NCBI GenBank assembly: GCA_031316235.1
Contig: JALDRA010000001.1
Span: 1,410,001 to 1,442,000, forward strand
DNA from: Candidatus Scalindua sp.
GTDB lineage: Bacteria; Planctomycetota; Brocadiia; Brocadiales; Scalinduaceae
DNA: 32,000 bases
Reading direction: 5' to 3'
The position numbers and the translations under genes are program-made. The notes under the pieces were generated by a model, which saw only the letters and a program-made list of their open reading frames with translations, did no database searches and was not told where the DNA came from. Positions 1 to 9,161 of this stretch are shown here, one piece after another (within the stretch, counting starts at the first letter, position 1; each line of letters starts with the position of its first letter).

Positions 1-1
1 A

Positions 2-118
2 AATGATCGGACGAAGCAAACGGTGGTAATAGTCACACATGATGAAAGGTTTGCGAAAGCAACAGAGTGTGTAGTGAGAATTGCTGATGGAAAAATTGTC
101 AATTGTGCTAGGAATTGA
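2..118 (+). CDS. ABC transporter ATP-binding protein, C-terminal fragment (gene starts left of window)
   Basis: Frame 2 is open from the window edge and reads NDRTKQTVVIVTHDERFAKATECVVRIADGKIVNCARN*. The VVIVTHD H-loop and the I.DGKIV ending are typical of LolD/MacB/FtsE-type ABC ATPases. Confidence 0.6.
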   Translation, partial: NDRTKQTVVIVTHDERFAKATECVVRIADGKIVNCARN

Positions 119-133
119 AAGGAGCAGTTGTAG

Positions 134-1003
134 ATGGGACTGAAAGTGTATATCAATGGGAAGTTCTACCCGAAGGAAGATGCTAAAATATCTGTTTTTG
201 ACCATGGGTTCTTGTATGGTGACGGTGTTTTTGAAGGAATTAGATGCTATAATGGTCACATCTTTAAACTTAACCAGCACATCGATAGACTTTACAATTC
301 CGCTAAAGCAATTGCCTTAAATATCCCGATTACCAAGGATGAGATGAAGGAAGATGTGAAGGCTACTCTTGAGACCAATAATTTACATGAGGATTCTTAT
401 ATCAGATTGATAGTAACACGAGGGATTGGTAAGCTTGGGCTCGATCCGTTTAACTGTTCTAAAGCACAGATAATCATCATAACAGACTTTATTGAGCTTT
501 ACTCAAAAGAGCTCTATGAAAAAGGATTGGATGCGATAGTCGTTCCTACAATTCGTAACCATTCTGAAGCGCTCAATCCCAAGATAAAGTCACTGAATTA
601 TCTCAACAATATTATGGCGAAAATTGAGTGCATTAATGCAGGGGCAGCTGAAGGCATTATGCTAAATAAAGACGGGTATGTAGCTGAAGGAACCGGAGAC
701 AACATCTTCTTAATAAAAGGTAACACAATTATTACACCTCCTACGTGCGCAGGCATCCTCGTAGGTATCACCAGAAATACTGTTATTGAGTTGGCTGCAA
801 AGGAAGGTATGGTGGTAAAAGAAGAGCAGATTACCCGATACGATCTCTATGTTGCTGATGAGTGCTTTTTGACTGGTACTGCTGTTAGCATCATCCCTGT
901 AGTGAAGATAGATGGAAGAGTGATCGCTTCCGGTCAACCTGGTAACATTACCCTTAACCTGTTAAAGAGATATCAGGAACTCACGAAACAACCCTCAGAT
1001 TAA
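134..1003 (+). CDS. ilvE: Branched-chain amino acid aminotransferase (fold-type IV PLP enzyme)
   Basis: 289-aa ORF with AAAGGAG just upstream. Class IV aminotransferase motifs FLYGDGVFEGIRCY, KSLNYLNN, EGTGDNIF and GITR are present. A D-amino-acid aminotransferase cannot be fully excluded. Confidence 0.8.
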   Translation: MGLKVYINGKFYPKEDAKISVFDHGFLYGDGVFEGIRCYNGHIFKLNQHIDRLYNSAKAIALNIPITKDEMKEDVKATLETNNLHEDSYIRLIVTRGIGKLGLDPFNCSKAQIIIITDFIELYSKELYEKGLDAIVVPTIRNHSEALNPKIKSLNYLNNIMAKIECINAGAAEGIMLNKDGYVAEGTGDNIFLIKGNTIITPPTCAGILVGITRNTVIELAAKEGMVVKEEQITRYDLYVADECFLTGTAVSIIPVVKIDGRVIASGQPGNITLNLLKRYQELTKQPSD

Positions 1004-1434
1004 GCAGTTTTCTTCTGCTCTTTACGAAAGAGTGTTTCCCACACAAGCAGTCCTACACCTATACAGATAAAAGAGTCTGCAAAGTTAAAGGTTGGCCAAT
1101 GGTACCACCTGCCAGCATGAACATCGATAAAATCTCTTACATGGTGGTAAAAAAGCCTGTCCCATAGATTACCTACTGCTCCGGAGAGTATCAATCCAAA
1201 AGCAATATTGGTAGAAAATCCAGACTTGTAAAAGGAGTGGTAAAACCAGAAAATAGTTGCAATAGCAACAAAAGAGAGGATGATGAAAATACGGTTATTT
1301 CCTTGAGCCAGACCAAACACAATACCCTCGTTTTCACTACAGATAATACCGAGAACGTTTGGTATTATGGCTATATACCCTGCCTCTTCAAATTTTTCAA
1401 AGACAAATCGTTTCGTTAAAAGATCAAGCAGCAC
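1000..1434 (-). CDS. lspA: Lipoprotein signal peptidase II
   Basis: LspA motifs NEGIVFGL, GAVGNLWDR, VRDFID and WPTFNFADSFI. GTG at 1434 is the only canonical start, but in-frame upstream codons encode the expected first TM helix (see finding). Its stop shares the TTAA at 1000-1003 with the convergent ilvE stop. Confidence 0.85.
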   Translation of the reverse strand: MLLDLLTKRFVFEKFEEAGYIAIIPNVLGIICSENEGIVFGLAQGNNRIFIILSFVAIATIFWFYHSFYKSGFSTNIAFGLILSGAVGNLWDRLFYHHVRDFIDVHAGRWYHWPTFNFADSFICIGVGLLVWETLFRKEQKKTA

Positions 1435-1480
1435 ACCACAGACTGTAACAAGCAGAAATATTCCGGTATCCCTGGAAACC

Positions 1481-1861
1481 CTAAGATTCGCCAGCTTCCT
1501 CTTCCTCCTTCCGCTGGCAATCTATGCAGCACTTAACATAAGGGAGCGCTTGAAGACGCACTTTAGAAATCTTTTTTTCACACTCTACACAGATCCCATA
1601 TGTTTTATTCGCCATCCTTGCCAGGGCCTCATCAATAGCCCGCAGCTCTTCTTCACTATTTTGAATCAAACCAATAGTCAGATCGCGATCGTAGTTATCT
1701 GTTCCAACATCTGCCATATGAATGGGCACATGAGAAAGATCACCGGAATCATGACCAGATTTCCTTAGTGCCTCATTCTCCATAAAAGTTACATTGCCAA
1801 CAAGCTTTTCTCGGATTGCCAAGAGAGTTTTTTTAAACTGCGCTAACTCTGATACCTTCAA
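1481..1861 (-). CDS. DksA/TraR family C4-type zinc-finger protein
   Basis: 126-aa ORF with a TTG start and a C-terminal CVEC-x17-CIDC zinc finger preceded by a coiled-coil-like region, as in DksA. Confidence 0.8.
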   Translation of the reverse strand: MKVSELAQFKKTLLAIREKLVGNVTFMENEALRKSGHDSGDLSHVPIHMADVGTDNYDRDLTIGLIQNSEEELRAIDEALARMANKTYGICVECEKKISKVRLQALPYVKCCIDCQRKEEEEAGES

Positions 1862-2130
1862 GGTGTCCCCTTTGTTTTCTTTTTTTCAATGTAATAACGA
1901 CGATAGCATCTTAAATCTTCAAAAATCAATTACTGGAATTTATACTCTGCTCAAAGGCGAATGAGCGTTGAATATAACGAATAAAAAAAAGAAAGTCAAG
2001 GGTATTTCCATGGAGCTAATTGCCTCAAATTTCCGCCGCTTCACGCTCCAGATCGACAAAAAAGCCTTCAACCGGAAAAGAAGACCGTTGGTAAGATTAC
2101 AGATTGTTTGTTATTGCTTTGTGAGAAATT

Positions 2131-3381
2131 CTAAGCGCTTTTCCGCAATTTCTGTGGAGTAACATGGGCTTTACCCTCTACAACTTCCGGGGTTATTGTA
2201 TAGACAGCTCCCTTTTCATTCGAAGGCAAATCATACATGATGTCCAGCATGAAACCTTCAAAAAGGGAACGGAGCGCCCTTGCCCCTGTTTTACGTTCAA
2301 TAGCCATCTTACTGATTACTCTCAAGGTCTCTTCCGGGAATTCCAGAGTAGCATCTTCCATCTCAAAGAGTTTTTGGTACTGTTTAACGATAGCGTTTTT
2401 CGGTTCGAGCATGATTGAAACCAGGTCATCTTCGCTGAGAGGATTTAAGGTCGCTGTTATATGGAGCCTGCCGATAAATTCATGGATCAGGCCAAATTCT
2501 GTCAGATCTCTCATATTAACTTCTGACAAAATATTGTCTGCCGATGTATTATCTCCAAGAACTTTTTTTGCATTAAAACCAATCGCCTTCTTGCTGATCC
2601 TTTTTTTAATTATCTCTTCAATGCCGCTGAACGTTCCGCCACAAATAAATAGAATATCCTTGGTTTCCATCTGAATGTACTGCTGTTCCGGATGTTTTCT
2701 GCCCCCTTGGGGCGGAACATTAATTGTAGAACTCTCAAACATCTTGAGGAGTGCCTGCTGCACCCCTTCCCCGGAAACATCTCGCGTTATTGAAGCACTT
2801 GATCCCTTTCTGGCTATCTTATCAATTTCATCTATATAAACAATCCCCTGCTGTGCATGCGAAACATTAAAATCTGCATTTCTGAGCAACTTTAAAAGTA
2901 CATTTTCTACATCTTCTCCAACATAACCAGCCTCGGTAAAACTCGTAGCATCGGTAATGGCAAAAGGCACATCGATCAGTTTGGCAATAACTCTTGCCAG
3001 TAACGTCTTACCGGTACCCGTAGGCCCAATGAGCAGTACATTACTTTTTTCAAGCTCTACATCATCGGTCACATTTGACTCCAGTCTTTTATAATGGTTG
3101 TGAACCGCCACAGCCAGACACTTTTTCGCTTTTTCTTGACCGATAATATACTCATCCAGATGATTTTTTATCGTTGCGGGCGCTATTATCTTCTTATGAA
3201 AGGACTTGGGTGTCTTTGTCTTATCTTTCTGTATGAGTGTGTAACACGCATCAACACATTCATTACAAATATATACGTTGCGGTCGCCCTGGATCAGCCT
3301 TTTCACGACATTGTAATTCCTCCCGCAAAAAGAGCACGACATGTTCTTATCCTTCTTGTCCCGGCCTTTCTTATCCATCAC
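2131..3381 (-). CDS. clpX: ATP-dependent Clp protease ATP-binding subunit ClpX
   Basis: N-terminal zinc-binding domain CSFCG...CNEC, Walker A GPTGTGKT and Walker B VYIDEIDK. Full-length 416 aa. No clpP is adjacent. Confidence 0.95.
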   Translation of the reverse strand: MMDKKGRDKKDKNMSCSFCGRNYNVVKRLIQGDRNVYICNECVDACYTLIQKDKTKTPKSFHKKIIAPATIKNHLDEYIIGQEKAKKCLAVAVHNHYKRLESNVTDDVELEKSNVLLIGPTGTGKTLLARVIAKLIDVPFAITDATSFTEAGYVGEDVENVLLKLLRNADFNVSHAQQGIVYIDEIDKIARKGSSASITRDVSGEGVQQALLKMFESSTINVPPQGGRKHPEQQYIQMETKDILFICGGTFSGIEEIIKKRISKKAIGFNAKKVLGDNTSADNILSEVNMRDLTEFGLIHEFIGRLHITATLNPLSEDDLVSIMLEPKNAIVKQYQKLFEMEDATLEFPEETLRVISKMAIERKTGARALRSLFEGFMLDIMYDLPSNEKGAVYTITPEVVEGKAHVTPQKLRKSA

Positions 3382-3585
3382 TTTCCCTCTTCAATCTACA
3401 GTTACCCGCCTCTCCATGCTCAGGATACGAACATGGCGGCACAATTTATCAATGAATATTTTTTATTTCACACGAAATACACAGGAGATCAATCCTATCA
3501 TAAAAGCGTCCTCAAATCTAGAGTTTTTGGTTAAGAAAATCCCACATCTTTTTTTACTCCCCATGAAAATAGTACCCGCCTCGGC

Positions 3586-5103
3586 CTAATAGCTATTTTC
3601 TACAAGTAACCTGCATATGGCATCCTGAAGATGTTTTGCCTGCCGTATGCCTCCACTGATTTCGTTTACGAGTATTGAAAAGGCCACTATCTCCCCTTCC
3701 AGTGTTTCCACATACCCTGAAAGCGTACTTGTGCCGAGAATATATCCAGTTTTTGCCCTAACTCTTGTTTTATACGGAGGTTGTGTCAGTCGATTCTTGA
3801 GAGTACCTTCGACACCTGAGATTGGCAGTGATTGTAAAAAAATATCACCATCCTCATGATTATACATGTAATTCAATAAAGTTGTTATCATAACAGGCCA
3901 GAGTCTATTCTTTTTTGACAAACCTGAACCGTCATCAATTTGATATTGATTTTTCGAAAATCCTAATTCGGCCAGAAAATCTCTAATCACGTCTAATCCA
4001 GCAGAAAAACTTCCTTCGTTTTTAATATGTGCCCCGACTGTTTTTACTATTTGCTCTGCATAAAATCCCTGACTCCGTTTATTAGTCACCTCAATCGATT
4101 GGCGTAATGAGGAATTCGTTACAGCTAAAGCATAAGAGCTGTGCCTCATCTTTTTCTCTGAAGCATTGACAACACGAGCCTCTCCGAGAACGGAAATACC
4201 CCTGTTTTCCAAGATCTCCTTAAAAACGGTGGCAGTATATAACGCAGGATCGTGAATGGTAATCCATACTTTTTGGGGCCCCGATTTTGACCATATACTT
4301 CCTTTCACATATACAGAGTTTGTAAATGGCCTCCTATACAATGAATAGAGGTGTTGTGATTGTAAATTGGTGGTTTTACACGTGTTAAAAATTTTGACAT
4401 ATGAGGTTTCCGGTTCAATCTGTATACTTGCTGATCCACCGGGCTGCCTGTTAGGTTTCACAATAATATCAATGCAATTATCATTAAATGAAAGCCCACA
4501 AACAGGCGCGCAATACCATTCAGAAAGTTGATCTTTTGGCCAGCTATCACAAACAAACTCTCTATCAAAAATAGTATCATCGGCAATAATATCACCGGTT
4601 ATGGTCTTTATCCCGTGTTCCGCTACTCTTTCAGCCCATGATCTGGGAACAGCGGTGATTTCATCGTTATAAAATCTTCCTGATATGTTTGGATCTCCAC
4701 TCCCCTGTATGATAATATCACCCTGGAGCTTACTACGGGAAGAGAGATCACCGCGATAAAAAACCTTGGTTTCGTATACAAAATCCGGCCCCAGAGAGAC
4801 CAAGGCGGTAGCTGTAGTGAGTAACTTCATGTTAGAAGCAACTACAAACGGCTTGCGGGAATTAAGCTCATAGAGAGGTTTGGCTTTACTTATAGAGAAT
4901 ATACTGATGCCGACCTGCGAGTTCTTGGGCTTGTATCGATATACAAGGGCATCAATCTCTTCCTTTAACTTAAGCCCTTTTGGTGCAGACCATAGAATTT
5001 CAGACAAAAAGCCTTGAAGAGCTATGCAGAAAATGAAGTAAAAAAAAATGCTCTTCTTTGTCGTATTGCTTACGAGAAGGGATTTCATCTGAAACGGCAA
5101 CAT
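3586..5103 (-). CDS. dacB: D-alanyl-D-alanine carboxypeptidase/endopeptidase (PBP4, peptidase S13)
   Basis: 505-aa ORF with an N-terminal signal/TM segment, SxxK motif ASNMK, GSGDP and KTG (RAKTGY). Its start codon shares one base with the stop of the upstream receiver gene (TAATG). Confidence 0.85.
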   Translation of the reverse strand: MLPFQMKSLLVSNTTKKSIFFYFIFCIALQGFLSEILWSAPKGLKLKEEIDALVYRYKPKNSQVGISIFSISKAKPLYELNSRKPFVVASNMKLLTTATALVSLGPDFVYETKVFYRGDLSSRSKLQGDIIIQGSGDPNISGRFYNDEITAVPRSWAERVAEHGIKTITGDIIADDTIFDREFVCDSWPKDQLSEWYCAPVCGLSFNDNCIDIIVKPNRQPGGSASIQIEPETSYVKIFNTCKTTNLQSQHLYSLYRRPFTNSVYVKGSIWSKSGPQKVWITIHDPALYTATVFKEILENRGISVLGEARVVNASEKKMRHSSYALAVTNSSLRQSIEVTNKRSQGFYAEQIVKTVGAHIKNEGSFSAGLDVIRDFLAELGFSKNQYQIDDGSGLSKKNRLWPVMITTLLNYMYNHEDGDIFLQSLPISGVEGTLKNRLTQPPYKTRVRAKTGYILGTSTLSGYVETLEGEIVAFSILVNEISGGIRQAKHLQDAICRLLVENSY

Positions 5104-5486
5104 TACACTAGTTTACTGGTATGGGACGAAAGTACTTTTTTCACGGTGTGGAGAAACGCTATCCTGTCAATGGGGTTTGGGACGTATTCCTGAGCACCCG
5201 CTTTTTTTATCAATGTTTTTGTCCGTTTTGAACCACAGCCCTGTATTAAAATAACAGGAATAAACGGATCCTTGGCCCTGAGCTCTTTTAATATTTCAAT
5301 ACCGGGTATCTCCTGCACCTTAAAGCCTATAATCGCCAGATCCATCCTCCGCTCATCCAGTATGGCCAATGCAACCTTAGACTTTAAGGCAACTTCTGTA
5401 TCAAAATCGTTTAACTCAAAAAAATCTCTCAGCTCATCCACTGTCTCTCTCACATCTGCAACTATAAGGATTCTTATATTTTTCAT
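5103..5486 (-). CDS. CheY-like receiver-domain protein, degenerate (probable pseudo-receiver)
   Basis: 127-aa single-domain protein with a receiver fold pattern (ILIVADV..., DLAIIGF, PVILIQG, GAQEYVPNP). Most phosphorylation residues are substituted (see finding). Confidence 0.75.
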   Translation of the reverse strand: MKNIRILIVADVRETVDELRDFFELNDFDTEVALKSKVALAILDERRMDLAIIGFKVQEIPGIEILKELRAKDPFIPVILIQGCGSKRTKTLIKKAGAQEYVPNPIDRIAFLHTVKKVLSSHTSKLV

Positions 5487-5531
5487 AAGTATTCAGGAGC
5501 AACAAAAATTTGTATTCCGTCTGCAAAGAGA

Positions 5532-5887
5532 TGGTGGAGGCGGCGGGAATCGAACCCGCGTCCCAAAGCATTTCGGTAAAGGCATCTACACACATAGTCT
5601 CTCTATTTTGTTTTCGTCAGATTAAACGCCGGGAGACAGGCTCTCAATCCAACTATCTCAAACAAAAAGTTCACTCAGCCTTCGTTGAGCAAAAAGGCCG
5701 AGCTAACCTGCTGTTTGTCACCCTTTCCAGCCTCGCAGGTTAGACCGGAAGGATGTGACTGGTTTTACGCAGCCAATGCTAAATCATTATCAGCATTTAG
5801 TTTTTGCCAGGTGTTTTATGAGGCCTCCTGGACAACCTCAGAGTGCAGCCTTCACTTCTAACTACTTGGTCGAAACCTTTCGCCCCC
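5532..5887 (-). ncRNA. ssrA: tmRNA (SsrA)
   Basis: The minus strand starts GGGGGCGAAAGGTTTCGAC and ends GGTTCGATTCCCGCCGCCTCCACCA, i.e. tRNA-Ala-like acceptor/T-arm with encoded CCA. An internal tag frame reads GCT GAT AAT GAT TTA GCA TTG GCT GCG TAA (ADNDLALAA*). It lies directly downstream of smpB. Confidence 0.93.
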
Positions 5888-5907
5888 TTAAAAAAACCCC
5901 ACTGCAT

Positions 5908-6348
5908 TTATCTTTTGACATAACGGTCCATTTCACGTTCGATGCTCTTCTTTTTCAAGTCTTCCCTTTTATCAACCAACCGCTTACCTCTCCCTAAAGC
6001 TAACTCAACCTTGATAATCCCTTTTTTTATGTAGAGTGATATCGGCAACAGAGAGAAACCCTTCTGCTGTATTTTCCCAATAAGCTTCTTTATCTCCTGC
6101 CTATGTAAGAGCAATTTTCTTGTACGTGTCGGTTCATGATTTTCCCGATTCCCCTGTTCATAAGGACTTACGTGTAAATTGAGAAGGAAAACCTCATTAT
6201 CCCTTATTTGCGCGTAACTCTCATCAAGGCTTATATTTCCGCTGCGAATTGATTTTACCTCAGTGCCTTTTAACGAGATTCCTGCTTCAAATCTTTCCAG
6301 TATCTCGTAATTAAATCGTGCTTTTTTATTTTTGGAGATGATTTCCAT
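5908..6348 (-). CDS. smpB: SsrA-binding protein SmpB
   Basis: 146-aa ORF with typical SmpB sequence (NKKARFNYEI, GTEVKSIR, KLLLHRQEI). Confidence 0.93.
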   Translation of the reverse strand: MEIISKNKKARFNYEILERFEAGISLKGTEVKSIRSGNISLDESYAQIRDNEVFLLNLHVSPYEQGNRENHEPTRTRKLLLHRQEIKKLIGKIQQKGFSLLPISLYIKKGIIKVELALGRGKRLVDKREDLKKKSIEREMDRYVKR

Positions 6349-6463
6349 GTTGACAAACCAAATAGTGCTTGTGTAAGATTAACAAATATATAAAGAAATT
6401 TCAAGCATTTTATGCATAATTCATTTAACTGCATATATTTATTCTTTCTAATCAATCGAAAAG

Positions 6464-6547
6464 GCCGAAGTGGCGGAATTGGCAGACGCGTTAGGTTCAG
6501 GACCTAATGTCCGCAAGGATGTCGGGGTTCGAATCCCCGCTTCGGCA
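6464..6547 (+). tRNA. tRNA-Leu (anticodon CAG), type II with long variable arm
   Basis: Acceptor GCCGAAG/CTTCGGC, anticodon stem TTAGG/CCTAA with loop TTCAGGA, variable arm TGTCCGCAAGGATGT and T-arm CGGGG-TTCGAAT-CCCCG. CCA is not encoded. Confidence 0.9.
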
Positions 6548-6728
6548 CTCTAACTCACTGATATCTCAAAACTTGCAAACCAAAATTTTGTCCCGGGGCC
6601 GGGTATCGTTTCCGGCCGGAGGTATCGGCATTCCCCTCTTCCATTTTGATAATTTTGTCTTTTATTGCCGGGGCTTGAGCAGGACAACCCATAAAAACCG
6701 AAACACCTGCATTGAATAAATTATTACT

Positions 6729-6756
6729 CTGTCTCGGCAGCACCGAGAAATCAGAC
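6729..6756. terminator. Hairpin between convergent tRNA-Leu and histidine kinase (possible bidirectional terminator)
   Basis: TCTGTCTCGG-cagca-CCGAGA(aat)CAGA forms a roughly 10-bp stem with a 3-nt bulge. No clean U-tract on either side. Confidence 0.4.
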
Positions 6757-6781
6757 GGTTTCCTTACTATAAAATCTACTT

Positions 6782-8815
6782 TCAGGTTTTCCGCTCAAAC
6801 ACTAAATGGCGGGTCTCCCTGCTTACCGGCAATCGTATGGTAATTGTAGTTCCTTTTCCAGCTTCGCTTTCAACCGCTATACTACCGCCATGTCTTTTTA
6901 TTATGCCATAGCTGACACTCATACCCAACCCGGTACCTTTTGGCATTTTTGTGGTGAAAAATGGATCAAATATATGTTTCCGTACCTCTTTGGACATGCC
7001 CTTTCCGGTATCAGTAATATCCAGGAACATATCGCCGTTATTCTTCCGTGTACGAAAAGAGATATTGCCTCCTTCGGGCATTGCATCCAGAGAGTTATTT
7101 ACTATATTTATTATTACTTTTCTCAACTTTATACTATCACCCATTACACGGGGGACTTTTTCCACACCCTTCCTGTCTAAATGATACGTTATTGCTTTTG
7201 CCTGGGCAGCAGAGTTCCACCTGGGCATGGTAAATTGAACCGCCTGCTCTATTATCTCTCCAATATCTAACGGTTCAAATCTGATTTCATCCTCTTCCAT
7301 TCTTGTAAACTCTTGCATCCTGTTAACTATGCCCATACCATCAGTAACACTTTTGAGAATAATGCGAAGCTTATTGCTTAACTCTTTGTGATCTCCATAT
7401 TTCTCCTTTATCAAAACGGTAAAACCCTTAATTATTGCAAGGATATTGTTGAACTCATGGGCAATACCAGAAGTCATAACCCCTAAAGACTTTAATTTTT
7501 CTGCCTGCAGGAGCACCTCCTCCATTTGTCTGCGCTCGGTCACGTCACGAGCTATGGATATTATATAATCACTTCCCTCACAGGTAATATATTTGCAGCT
7601 TACCTCAACCGGAAATTCCTTACCATCCCCCGCTTTAAGATTTCCCTGAAAAAACTGCCACCGATTCGCCTTGAGGGCACGAACATGCTGTTTAAAAGAT
7701 GCCATATCAGATATTTCAGTATCTATATCAACAACTCCGAGATTCTGGAGTTCTTCACGCCGGTATCCTGAAGACTTCACTGCCTGTTCATTAAAATCCA
7801 GAAAACGGCTTGTCTCCGGATCAACCACAAATATTGCATCACCTGAATGATTAATGAGACTTGTAAATATTGATACTTTCTCCTGAGCAGCCATACGCTC
7901 TTCGATTTCGGAATGCAGCTGCCGGTTTTTCCTGACCAGCTCCGCCGTACGTTCGGAAACACGTCTTTCGAGAGAATTATTTACACTCTCCAGTTCTGCC
8001 TCAATCATCTTACGCTCAGCAATCTCCTCTTTAAGCTCCTCATTTGCCTTTCTAATGGAACTTTCAAATTGTTTGTAAGCTATAAATAAATAGCTGAGAG
8101 CAACCATGTAAGCAGAAAGTCTTAAAAAATGCCACCACCACCATCCCGCACTCCACAATTGGGATTGTTCAAACAACAATCCCGCCAATCCGAATAATAT
8201 GCAGTGATTCGTAAATACAAAATACTCGCTTTCCCCGGACTTTCTATACTTTAGATAAAGAGAGAGAGCCGCCGCTAAAAACAGTATCCCCCCTGACACA
8301 TTGAGAGCCCTGGCGACAAACGTGAAGCGGCCTCCAATCAGCATCCCTGGCAAAAACTGAGGAAAAAGTATTGAAAATGTGCCAAAAACAAAGGCAGCAA
8401 AAGCTATAAAGACAGGAATGTATATACTTTTTGAACTATTTGTCATCCGCTGGGGGAGCCATGTCAAAGCAAAAACGATACCTCCCAGTACTGTTGCAGT
8501 GCTATGCAACCAGACAAATGTAACACCTGGATAGACAAAGGAATGTAAAAGATCTAATGTCCCCATTCCGGCAAGGGAGCTCGATGTCCAGATATGGATA
8601 GATGAAACCTTATTCTGCTTAACCAGCCTCATTAAAACAATGGCCATCAGCCATGCAATGAAACCTCCCAGGGACTCAATGGCAGAATGAAAAAGCAGGC
8701 CTTGCCGGAACCAACAGGTCAGATAGATACCGAAGAAGATACTTCCAGCGACCGTAAATATCACACCGCCGGTTATTGCAGCCTTTCCCTCGTTTATCGT
8801 GCGTTTCAGATACAT
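6782..8815 (-). CDS. Sensor histidine kinase with multi-pass membrane N-terminal domain, coiled coil, PAS, HisKA and HATPase_c
   Basis: 677 aa. About 7 predicted TM helices in the first 250 aa (includes a WWWW run), a coiled coil, a PAS-like segment, H-box SGIAHEFNNIL, N-box NNSLDAM, G1 DTGKGM and G2 GTGLGM. No partner response regulator is adjacent. Confidence 0.9.
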   Translation of the reverse strand: MYLKRTINEGKAAITGGVIFTVAGSIFFGIYLTCWFRQGLLFHSAIESLGGFIAWLMAIVLMRLVKQNKVSSIHIWTSSSLAGMGTLDLLHSFVYPGVTFVWLHSTATVLGGIVFALTWLPQRMTNSSKSIYIPVFIAFAAFVFGTFSILFPQFLPGMLIGGRFTFVARALNVSGGILFLAAALSLYLKYRKSGESEYFVFTNHCILFGLAGLLFEQSQLWSAGWWWWHFLRLSAYMVALSYLFIAYKQFESSIRKANEELKEEIAERKMIEAELESVNNSLERRVSERTAELVRKNRQLHSEIEERMAAQEKVSIFTSLINHSGDAIFVVDPETSRFLDFNEQAVKSSGYRREELQNLGVVDIDTEISDMASFKQHVRALKANRWQFFQGNLKAGDGKEFPVEVSCKYITCEGSDYIISIARDVTERRQMEEVLLQAEKLKSLGVMTSGIAHEFNNILAIIKGFTVLIKEKYGDHKELSNKLRIILKSVTDGMGIVNRMQEFTRMEEDEIRFEPLDIGEIIEQAVQFTMPRWNSAAQAKAITYHLDRKGVEKVPRVMGDSIKLRKVIINIVNNSLDAMPEGGNISFRTRKNNGDMFLDITDTGKGMSKEVRKHIFDPFFTTKMPKGTGLGMSVSYGIIKRHGGSIAVESEAGKGTTITIRLPVSRETRHLVFERKT

Positions 8816-9146
8816 GGTACGTCCCCATAAAAGGTTAAACGCTCTTGAGTTTGAATAAAACTGGTGACTCTTCCCAGATCTTTCATATCAGGCTCTTTAG
8901 TATTGCACTTTAATCATTATATCTTGAACAATTTACTTGTCAACCCTGCCAATGCCCACAATATCTGTGAAAGTTTTGCTGATCAAGTGCAACAGAGTCG
9001 TTGCAGATTACCCTTCAGAAGGGTCAGTATACACCCAGGTAAACGATGTTTTCCTCCATTTCTCGGCATAGAGACAAAGGGGTTCAATGACCCATGCAAC
9101 AGCAAATAGTTCTGATATTGAGATATGAAATAACAACCATTACAAC

Positions 9147-9161
9147 CTGTCAGTTTGACAG
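9147..9161. promoter_or_regulatory. Perfect inverted repeat CTGTCA-gtt-TGACAG upstream of groEL (candidate operator)
   Basis: 6-3-6 palindrome about 260 nt upstream of the groEL start. Further TGACA (9168-9172) and TGTCA (9189-9193) half-sites follow. Confidence 0.3.

Noticed and set aside
5510-5997. Plus-strand ORFs 5510..5743 and 5755..5997.
   Set aside because: They lie antisense to the tmRNA gene and the smpB 3' end. The tmRNA call explains the sequence conservation features.
6507-6743. ORFs 6507..6719 (+) and 6555..6743 (-).
   Set aside because: The first starts inside tRNA-Leu. Both run through the GC-rich hairpin spacer and have no SD or protein-like features.
8864-9133. ORF 8864..9109 (+, 81 aa) and a 42-codon TTG-initiated minus-strand frame (about 9005-9133) in the kinase/groEL intergenic region.
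   Set aside because: No SD, no recognisable family and unusual composition. The region is better explained as a divergent promoter and operator space.
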